DNA of 64,000 bases. Source: an uncultured Verrucomicrobiae bacterium (GTDB lineage Bacteria; Verrucomicrobiota; Verrucomicrobiia; Chthoniobacterales; JAFAMB01). Positions 56,245 to 64,000 of the stretch are shown piece after piece. The stretch covers positions 96,001 to 160,000 of the forward strand of contig CAVXLD010000005.1 of the NCBI GenBank assembly GCA_963762565.1, given 5' to 3'. Numbering within the stretch: position 1 is the stretch's first letter; each line of letters starts with the position of its first letter. A program made the translations under genes and the position numbers. The notes below the pieces were generated by a model. That model saw only the letters and a list, made by a program, of their open reading frames with translations. It was not told the DNA's origin and did not search any database.

Positions 56245-56573
56245 AAGAATCTAATCCTCCGCGAAAAAGGGACCGCGAAATGGACGCGAATACAATCCGA
56301 ACCGCAGATGAACGCAGATAGGGACCGCCACCGTGGAGCGCGCCCGGCTTGCGAGGCCGACGGAGCCGCGTAGCGGCGAAATATTTATAGCCTGTGTGAA
56401 GCCCTAGGTATGCCGTGTCTAGCGCTGGGCCGCGGCTCGGCGCGTCGATCGGTCTAACCACATCCAGTCTAAAGCAACGATCTAATCCTCCGCGAAAGTC
56501 AGGAGAATTTCGGAGCTGCGGTTCGTCTGTCTTTCCTTTGCGCCTTTGCGTCTTTGCGTGAGAATACAGAGCT

Positions 56574-57431
56574 GTGGAAAATGTGCTGTGGCGTAACTCG
56601 AAGTGGGGTTCCAAGGGCATTTTGATCACGATCACTGGGTTGGCAGTGGTTTGGGTGATGGTCCCATTCCTGTGGGCGATCGATAACTCGATCAAATCGG
56701 ATGCCGACATCTTCAAGCCGGGAGCGATTATTCCGTTTCTGCAGTTCACTCCCAGGCTGGACATGTGGATCAAGGTGATCTTCGATCCGCAGCTTCAGAA
56801 ATGTTTAGGCAATAGCGCGTTGGTGGGACTGATCTCAACTGTTCTGGTGTTGTTGATCGGGACACCGGCTGCATACAGTCTCGCGCGGTTCGATTTTAGG
56901 CGAGTGAGCAGCAAAGATCTCGCTCTTTGGTTCTTGTCTCAGAGAGTCTTGCCGCCGGTAGTGGTGCTTTCGCCGTTTTACATCCTATTAGCTATGACCG
57001 GCCTAATTGATACCCGGCTGGGGCTGATCCTGCTCTATATCACGTTCAATTTGAATTTTTGTGTGATCATCATGCGGGACATTTTTCGTGATGTTAGCAA
57101 GGAAGTAGAAGAAGCCGCTCGGATTGAAGGAGCCTCGCTGTGGCAGGTGTTTTGGATGATTGCGTTGCCGCTCTCACTCGATGGCTTGGTGGTCACGGCT
57201 TTCATCGTTTTTGCGTTTTGTTGGAACGAAGCGTTGTTCGCATCGGCGGTGACGACGCAGAATGCGGTTACGATGCCAGCCTTTATTTTAGCTTCACGAG
57301 ATACGCAGGGGATCCGGTTCAATTTTGCTGCGGTTAATACGATAATCGCGATATCGCCTCCGGTATTGTTGTCGCTGTTTGTGCAGCGATATCTAGCACG
57401 AGGACTGTCGTTTGGCGCGGTGAAGGCATAG
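56574..57431 (+). CDS. carbohydrate ABC transporter permease (MalG-like), orphan
   Basis: AAYSLAR; EVEEAARIEGAS EAA loop; WNE; QRYLARGL. Confidence 0.9.
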   Translation: MENVLWRNSKWGSKGILITITGLAVVWVMVPFLWAIDNSIKSDADIFKPGAIIPFLQFTPRLDMWIKVIFDPQLQKCLGNSALVGLISTVLVLLIGTPAAYSLARFDFRRVSSKDLALWFLSQRVLPPVVVLSPFYILLAMTGLIDTRLGLILLYITFNLNFCVIIMRDIFRDVSKEVEEAARIEGASLWQVFWMIALPLSLDGLVVTAFIVFAFCWNEALFASAVTTQNAVTMPAFILASRDTQGIRFNFAAVNTIIAISPPVLLSLFVQRYLARGLSFGAVKA

Positions 57432-57582
57432 CGCGACGCGCTTACAGCGCTTCGCGAATAGCCGATAGCCAATAGCCAAAGGCGCGACACGCTCTCCTAG
57501 CTCCTAGATTCTAGCTCCTAGCTCCTGTCTTAGCGAAAGCTGATGCGGCGGCCGACCAGGTGGAGCGCGACGCCGGGGATGG

Positions 57583-58104
57583 TTAGTTTCGGTTTTCCAG
57601 GCCATTGGCGGTCCTGGTCTTACGGATGGAGTCGACTTGTTTTAGGAGTTGGTCGCGCATCTGGGCTAGGCCGGCTACGATTTGGTCGTATTGCGATTTG
57701 TATTTGTCCCGAGGAGTTAGGGCATTCGCATGGGATTGATCCCAAGCGATCACGGCGTCAATCGTTTTGGCGAGCTGGGGAATATCGCCAAACGCGTATT
57801 CGTTGATGGGGCGGCCTATTTCTTCTGATAACGATGCGAAGACGGCGGGATCACCGTCCGGCTTTAGCGTGTCCTTGTTCGCTACGAGGTAGACTCGATA
57901 ACGGAGCTGGCCTGTGTAAAACCAAAAGACGGCGTCGTCTTTTTGTCCGGCAGCGAAAAGCTTCTGCGCCAGAATGTAAAAAGCGGTGGGATGTTGGTTT
58001 TCTATGCCGTTCTTGAGCTGGTCGATGGATAGGCTCGATAGGTTCACTGCGGAAGTTTTAAGGAAGGATAGGGTAAGGAAGGCTGACAGCAAGGCGGTGC
58101 GCAT
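57583..58104 (-). CDS. hypothetical secreted helical protein
   Basis: Signal peptide; AVFWFYTGQLRYR. Confidence 0.7.
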   Translation of the reverse strand: MRTALLSAFLTLSFLKTSAVNLSSLSIDQLKNGIENQHPTAFYILAQKLFAAGQKDDAVFWFYTGQLRYRVYLVANKDTLKPDGDPAVFASLSEEIGRPINEYAFGDIPQLAKTIDAVIAWDQSHANALTPRDKYKSQYDQIVAGLAQMRDQLLKQVDSIRKTRTANGLENRN

Positions 58105-58365
58105 GGTGGGGCTTCGGGCTTACAGCTCGAAGCCATAGCCAATAGCCGATAGCCGAGTGAAGCGCACGACAAATAACAGATGATGGAGTGGTGGAGTATC
58201 GGAGTGATGGAGTGGTGGTCCGGGGTAAGTGACGAAGGACCGAAAAGATAACAATTCAACACCTGCGGGATGAGCTTGGGTGGACCACTCGAAGCGCTAT
58301 CTGCGCGCTTCGAGAATGACCGATAGCCGATAGCCAATAGCCAAGAGGTAGGGAAGGGAGATTGG

Positions 58366-59148
58366 CTATTGGCTATTCACGGAGTGTATGGCCTCGAGGC
58401 CGCTGGCTGTGATGGCCGGGGCCGCGGTCGCGGAGGACAGGAACGCGACTAGGGCTTTGGCGGCTGCCGGTTCTTTGGACCCGACTACTATTCCGGCGGA
58501 GAAGATGGTGATTTTTTGGAGTTCGTTGGGTAAGGGGCCTATTATTTCAATTCCTTTGATCGGCTTCAATTCGCTCATTTGCTGGAAACCGATCTCGGCT
58601 TCGCCGCGAGCGACCACTAATCCGACGGGTTCGGCTGGGATCATCCGGCTTTTACCAGAGACTTGATCGGCGATCCCAAGGCGTTGGAAGAGCTCGGTCG
58701 AAATGTATACGCCGCTGGCGCTATCGGAATAAGCAATTGATTTGGCATTCAGGAGTGTATTCCGCAAGGAATCGACATTGCTGATGTCTGGTCTCTGAGT
58801 ACCTGACCGGACAGCGGCTCCAATGGCTGAGCGAGCGAGGTCGACTCGGCTGTCAGGGATGATTTTGCCCTCGTCCACTAATTTGCTCAAGGCAGGGCCG
58901 ACCATGATCACGACGTCGATCGGTTCGTGACGAGCCAGTCGCTGAGGCACGGCGTCAGCAGTGTTCCCCATAGAGGGTCCCCAACTGGCGATGAGGTGGT
59001 TGCCGGTACTTTGTTCGAATTCGGGTGCGAGTGCACGGTAAGCGGCCGCGAAACCTCCGGAGCTAACGATGCGGATGTCAGTTGCTCTGGATAGACCGCA
59101 AAGGGAGAAAAGGAGAGCGACAAGGAATGGGAGGCGCGTGAAGAGCAT
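58366..59148 (-). CDS. ModA-like substrate-binding domain protein
   Basis: SSGGFAAAY; GPSMG; IAYSDSASG; GFQQMSEL. Confidence 0.85.
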   Translation of the reverse strand: MLFTRLPFLVALLFSLCGLSRATDIRIVSSGGFAAAYRALAPEFEQSTGNHLIASWGPSMGNTADAVPQRLARHEPIDVVIMVGPALSKLVDEGKIIPDSRVDLARSAIGAAVRSGTQRPDISNVDSLRNTLLNAKSIAYSDSASGVYISTELFQRLGIADQVSGKSRMIPAEPVGLVVARGEAEIGFQQMSELKPIKGIEIIGPLPNELQKITIFSAGIVVGSKEPAAAKALVAFLSSATAAPAITASGLEAIHSVNSQ

Positions 59149-59462
59149 ATGGGAGAAGGAGTACGGGGAGTTGGTAGGGCGAGGCTCCCGAAAGATCAAC
59201 CGGGAATCGCAGCGCAAAACAACGTTTCGTCGGCGGCGGAGAGCCTGGCAGTGCAGAGGTGAAAAGTGACTGGTGATTGGTGGGAGACTCAGTGGACCTA
59301 GTGGACTGAGTCGACCGAGTGGACAAAAAGAAGGGTGTGGTGGGCCGCGGGGCGTCTCCTAGCTCCAAGATTCTAGCTCCTAGCTCCTTTTTTGCGCTTT
59401 TTGTGTCTTTTTGCGGCTATTCCGGATTTGTCAGGTGCGTTGCTTGAGCTAACCTCGGTTCC

Positions 59463-61145
59463 ATGGGAACGCAGAAAGCAAGGGGTGCGGAAATCCTGCT
59501 CGAGATTTTACGCTCGGAGGGTACCAGATTCATTTTTGGGAATCCGGGTACGACTGAGCTTCCTCTGATCGACGCGCTAATTGTTAATCCGGATTTTCAT
59601 TACGTCTGGGGCCTGCAAGAAGCGACGGTTGTTAGTATGGCCGACGGCTATTCTCAGGCCTCGGGTAAACCGGCCTTTGTGAATCTGCACACTTCCGGGG
59701 GGCTGGGCCATGGGATGGGAGCGATCATGAACGCGAAGATCGCTCGGGTGCCGCTGGTAATTACCGCCGGCCAACAGGACCTCCGGCATATTCTGGCTGA
59801 TCCTTTGCTGGCAGCGGATCTGGTGCAAATCGCGGCTCCGGCGGCCAAGTGGTGTTTCGAGCCGAATTCGTTAGATGATTTGCCTCTGATACTGCGCCGG
59901 GCTTTTCATAGTTCAATAACTCCTCCTCGCGGCCCGGTGTTCTTGTCGCTACCCATGAATATCTTGGACGAGGTGGGCTCGCCGCGGGTGCTTCCCCCAA
60001 GCCGGATTGAACTTTCCAGCGTCGCTGTTGGGGTCAACGAATTGGCAGCCGGGCTCCTGAAATTCGATCGGTTCCGAACAGTTATTCTGGCCGGGAATGA
60101 TATTGCGGAGGTCGGGGTAGGAAAGGCGGCGGCTCGAGTGGCTCAATTGCTCGGTGCGCCAGTATACGGCGCTTCCTGGCCGTCAGTTAATAATTATCCT
60201 TCTATTGATCCTTTCTGGAGAGGGACACTGCCAACGACCGCTAAGGGTATCTCAGAAATTCTGGGTCGATACGATTGTTTGTTGGCGTTAGGCGGGAAGA
60301 GTTTGATCTCGATCGTTTATACGATGCGGGATCCGATCCCTGAATCGATCGAGTTCTATCATATATCAGAAGACGCTAACGACCTGGGGTATAACGATGC
60401 TCCTAAGCTCGGTATTTTTGGGAATGTGAGGGCGACGCTTGAAGCGTTAGCGGATGAGTTAGAACTCAAGGTGTCGCCGGCTACGATCAAACAAAACATC
60501 GAAGTTGCCCAAAAAGAAAAGGACGCCCTTTGGCGCGGGCTTATGGACCAGGCAGAGGCTGCGGTCAATGATGATCGCAGGATCGCGCCGATTGTTGCCA
60601 CCAGGGAAGTGTTACGCCCATTGCCCGATGGGTTCTTGCTGGTAGACGAAGCGCTATGCGCGAATCCCTTTACTCAGCCGTTGCACCGTTCGACCGGTGG
60701 ACGCCAATATTTCCATAATCGAGGAGGAGGACTGGGCTGGGGTATGCCAGCAGCGGTTGGGGTATCGTTAGCGCGCGATCGAGCACCGGTGCTTTGTGTG
60801 GTTGGTGATGGATCCGCGATGTATTCGCCTCAAGCGCTCTGGAGCGCCGTGCACGAGAACGCGCCGGTGATTTACGTGGTGTTTAATAATCTCGAGTACG
60901 GCATCTTGAAAAACTTCATGGTTAGCCAGCCGCAGTACAATTCGAATCAGCACGGTTTTTTGGCGATGGATCTTTGCCAGCCAAACGTTGATTTCCAGTC
61001 CTTAGCACGATCGATGGGGGTAAAGGCGACGTTAGTGAATTCTTACCGAGAAATTAGCGAAGCGGTTGAGACTGCGATCAAGGCTGGGAAGCCGCATTTG
61101 ATCGAGATTCCGATCAAGGGGATAGGCGGGGAGGTCGTGCAGTGA
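59463..61145 (+). CDS. mdlC: thiamine-diphosphate enzyme, benzoylformate decarboxylase-like
   Basis: FGNPGTTELP; NLHTSGGLG; GGLGWGMP; GDGSAMYSPQALWSA...NN. Confidence 0.8.
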   Translation: MGTQKARGAEILLEILRSEGTRFIFGNPGTTELPLIDALIVNPDFHYVWGLQEATVVSMADGYSQASGKPAFVNLHTSGGLGHGMGAIMNAKIARVPLVITAGQQDLRHILADPLLAADLVQIAAPAAKWCFEPNSLDDLPLILRRAFHSSITPPRGPVFLSLPMNILDEVGSPRVLPPSRIELSSVAVGVNELAAGLLKFDRFRTVILAGNDIAEVGVGKAAARVAQLLGAPVYGASWPSVNNYPSIDPFWRGTLPTTAKGISEILGRYDCLLALGGKSLISIVYTMRDPIPESIEFYHISEDANDLGYNDAPKLGIFGNVRATLEALADELELKVSPATIKQNIEVAQKEKDALWRGLMDQAEAAVNDDRRIAPIVATREVLRPLPDGFLLVDEALCANPFTQPLHRSTGGRQYFHNRGGGLGWGMPAAVGVSLARDRAPVLCVVGDGSAMYSPQALWSAVHENAPVIYVVFNNLEYGILKNFMVSQPQYNSNQHGFLAMDLCQPNVDFQSLARSMGVKATLVNSYREISEAVETAIKAGKPHLIEIPIKGIGGEVVQ

Positions 61146-61358
61146 GAGGTGAGAAAACGTGATTGGTGACTAGTGATTGGTGATTGGTGGAGCGCGGGGG
61201 ATAGCGGGCCAAGTGGACTTTAGTGGACTTAGTGGACGCCGTGGACTGGAGTGGTCGGGAGTAGTAGGGACGGAGAGGATGATCTCCGGAGCAGGCGACG
61301 AATTTTAACGGCCGGATTCGTTTGAGCGTTTTGGTAACAGAGATGGTCTTTGTTCCAA

Positions 61359-62159
61359 ATGAATTTTAACGATCCTCTCTCTCCGCGAGTACCAACGGTT
61401 CAACTTGGCGTCCGGCGGACGTTTCTAGTTTCGATTTTAGGTCTGAGCTTGGTTATTGGGTCCGCGCGAGGGGATGAGGTTTCGCCATCGCCAACTGCGG
61501 CATCCGCGCCGATGGCTAACCCGACGCCGGAGGGCAAAATCAACTTGGAAGCGACTGCGCGTAAGCGATTGCCGAATACGGTCGCTAATGTGGTTCTGGG
61601 GATTCAGGTCGAGGGACGCACTGGCGATGCGGTTTCAGGCTCGCTGGCTGATCGATCCCACACCTTGCTCGACTTTCTGCGCCAGCAAGGAGTGGAGCGG
61701 CTCCGCACGGAAGACGTCAGTTATCAGCCGCAGATTGAATCCGGCCGTAATGGAGCACCGGATCGCATTGTAGGTTACACGGGCAGCGCGAGTATCTCGT
61801 TTCGGACGACTCCGGACAAGTTAGGCGCGCTCTTAGGCGGGAGCTTGGACCACGGAGCAAATACGATTAGTCAGACGCAGTTTAGTCCATTGGAAAGCGA
61901 GATCGACGCTGCCCGGCAAGACCTGGCTATTGAAGCGACGAAGACGGCGCTAGCTCGAGCCGATGCGTTAGCCCAGGCGACGGGGTTGCGCGTGGTGCGA
62001 ATCGAGCAGATCAACGTCGCGTCTGAAGAGAACATCGTGCCGGTTCCGCTTGGCGGTATGAAAATGATGGCGCCGGCGCGGGCACCAATCGAGACGGCCT
62101 CTGGAGAACAGGAAGTGGCGGCGCGGGTTTCGGTGCAGGTGGGCGTCGCGAAGCGCTAA
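61359..62159 (+). CDS. SIMPL (DUF541) domain protein
   Basis: Signal-like segment; A...ALARADALAQATG; PIETASGEQEVAARVSV. Confidence 0.82.
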   Translation: MNFNDPLSPRVPTVQLGVRRTFLVSILGLSLVIGSARGDEVSPSPTAASAPMANPTPEGKINLEATARKRLPNTVANVVLGIQVEGRTGDAVSGSLADRSHTLLDFLRQQGVERLRTEDVSYQPQIESGRNGAPDRIVGYTGSASISFRTTPDKLGALLGGSLDHGANTISQTQFSPLESEIDAARQDLAIEATKTALARADALAQATGLRVVRIEQINVASEENIVPVPLGGMKMMAPARAPIETASGEQEVAARVSVQVGVAKR

Positions 62160-62322
62160 CAGCGCGCTTCGCGAAATGGTCAATAGCCGATAGCCAATAG
62201 CCGAGGCGGCGGGCTAATGACACATGACAGATCGGAGGCCCGAGGAAGCATCGATCCTGTCGATTTTAATTTATCTTTTATCGATTTTATATATACGAGA
62301 GATTGGACGACGATCATCCGGT

Positions 62323-62751
62323 ATGAAAACAGAAGCGATCGGGCAGGGTGAGGGAGCAGAAGACCCCAGTTATCCAGAGCATCAGCATCTTCAACCCGCT
62401 AGCGCGAGTGCAATTCGCAAGCGGAGGTTTTGGGTTGTCCCGGTTTTGGCCGCTATTCCGACCCTGTTGGTGATCCTGCTTATTTTTCTTCTGAAGGATT
62501 ATGACTTTCCGAAGGAAGTCGTGGGTATTTTGTTCATTACCGTCGTGATACCCGCGGCGCTGATCTGCGAGAAGCTTGGGCTTGGGCAGTTTAATATTTT
62601 GGGGGGTAGCACGATCCCGGACTGGTTGTTTTACAGTGTCATGATTCTGCTGGTGTACCTCTATAGTTTGGCGTTGGTGGCGTCGGGACGGGGGATTGTG
62701 TCGTTGATGGGGCGAGCGCTGCGAGGGGGGCGAAAGGTGATTGGTGATTAG
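62323..62751 (+). CDS. hypothetical membrane protein (3 TM)
   Basis: Three hydrophobic segments; stop lies inside a GTGATTA array. Confidence 0.6.
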   Translation: MKTEAIGQGEGAEDPSYPEHQHLQPASASAIRKRRFWVVPVLAAIPTLLVILLIFLLKDYDFPKEVVGILFITVVIPAALICEKLGLGQFNILGGSTIPDWLFYSVMILLVYLYSLALVASGRGIVSLMGRALRGGRKVIGD

Positions 62752-62953
62752 TGATTAGTGATTAGTGATTGGTGATTAGTGATTGGTGGAAGAGAAGCTG
62801 TCCGTTCGGCGGCCTTCTCGGTCGGGTAACCGTCGGGGGTGTTTTCGCGAGGAGGGGGCAAATTTCGGTTAGTAATATTTTGCCAGGAGTTGTCCTGGTT
62901 TGGTTCTATTGTTCGTCGAGCGGGAGGAACTGAAATAACCGAGAGGTAAACAA

Positions 62954-63448
62954 ATGATTACATCGCCAAAGATCGTTGAACGCATTGAACAACCGTATGT
63001 GGCTATTAAATCAGTGGTGAAAATGGAGGAGATAGCACCAACGGCCGGGCAGCTGTTCGGGGAAGTTTTCGGGTGGTTAGGTGGGCGCGGTTTAACGCCG
63101 GCCGGAGCCCCGTTTTTCAAGTATAACGTTGTCGACATGGAACGCGGGCTCGAGATTGAGTTTGCGCTGCCGACGGCAGCGCCGGCGACTGGAGATGATC
63201 GGGTTTTAGCGGGTGTGCTTCCTGCAGGCCGGTATGCCTCATTGATGCACCTAGGCCCGTATGATCAGCTTAAGGACGCTAATGCGGCGCTTGGGGAATG
63301 GATCAAAGAGCAAGGGCTTACCGTCGACGTGGTGAAGAGCCCGGAAGGGGACAGATTTGGGTGCCGGTTGGAAATTTATCTTAATGATCCAGGGGTGGAG
63401 AAGGATCCAGCGAAGTGGGAGACGGAAGTGGCGTTTAAGCTCGCGTAA
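62954..63448 (+). CDS. GyrI-like small-molecule binding domain protein
   Basis: PAGAPFFKY; LPAGRYA...H.GPYD.L; EIYL.DP; SD gaggt upstream. Confidence 0.88.
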   Translation: MITSPKIVERIEQPYVAIKSVVKMEEIAPTAGQLFGEVFGWLGGRGLTPAGAPFFKYNVVDMERGLEIEFALPTAAPATGDDRVLAGVLPAGRYASLMHLGPYDQLKDANAALGEWIKEQGLTVDVVKSPEGDRFGCRLEIYLNDPGVEKDPAKWETEVAFKLA

Positions 63449-63468
63449 ACGCCCTTCAAGAAATCAAA

Positions 63469-63902
63469 TTCACCACAGAGACACAGAGGACACCGAGAAA
63501 AGACTCGAACCGCAGATGGACGCAGATTTACGCAGATAAAGACAGGAGCCTGACTGAGGCAGGGGTTGAACGCACTCCTTCTGCCGGCAGCACATTGAGA
63601 TTTGGAATATCCGCAGATTACACAGATTACGCAGATTTCGCCTTTAGGCTTGGGCACGTCACTTTAGATAAAAAAAAGTTCTGACTCGGTTACGCTTTCG
63701 GTAGCCCAAGGACTGATCCGAAGCCCACGACGAAATCTGCGAAATCTGTGTAATCTGCGGATATTAACGTTTTCCAGAATGTTGCCAGCCCATGACGCGT
63801 CTCTCAACGTCAGCTGCGATCTGCTCCCAGTCTCCATCTGCGTAAATCTGCGTCCATCTGCGGTTGAGGTTTTCTCTGTGTTCTCTGTGTCTCTGTGGTG
63901 AA
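63469..63902. mobile_element. three concentric cassettes with microsatellite-built TIRs
   Basis: 63469-63501/63870-63902 (2 mismatches), 63508-63537/63836-63865 (perfect), 63606-63640/63731-63765 (1 mismatch). Confidence 0.9.
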
Positions 63903-64000
63903 ATAAGTCTTAATAGGCTTTGCCGAAGAGGACGCGGCGGGGGCTGGGGGCGCCGGTGAAGATGCATTTCCCTGGCGTCTCATCTTTGAAAGCAGGATCG

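Noticed and set aside
1..64000. Telomerase-like or RT-driven synthesis as the source of the arrays; intact transposase, tRNA or rRNA genes
   Set aside because: No RT, transposase or integrase motifs and no structural RNA genes were recognised, so the mechanism cannot be supported from this window.

Overview
Gene-dense bacterial chromosome segment with about 45 CDSs. It is probably from a soil Verrucomicrobiota (Chthoniobacterales-like) genome, inferred from protein styles and not proven. The genes are mostly accessory metabolism and transport: an mlaEFDCA operon, a cytochrome P450, a tandem MutS-ATPase pair, an old yellow enzyme, an ADOP permease, a PNGase-A-like enzyme, a sugar ABC operon, a Ser/Thr kinase-FGE fusion with a heme-c DUF3365 partner, and a benzoylformate-decarboxylase-like enzyme. 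I saw no rRNA, tRNA, CRISPR, intact transposase or reverse transcriptase. The most striking signal is non-coding. Most intergenic spacers hold palindromic cassettes whose ends are inverted microsatellite arrays of period 6-10 nt with consistent polarity. These cassettes often start at a gene's stop codon, nest inside each other, and carry smaller hairpin/REP elements. One cassette (26414-26602) still holds a recognisable fragment of a GxxExxY-type PD-(D/E)XK nuclease gene, which suggests a family of decayed mobile cassettes. Repeats have also entered coding sequences in frame, including apparent signal peptides, a P450 loop and ABC-transporter termini.
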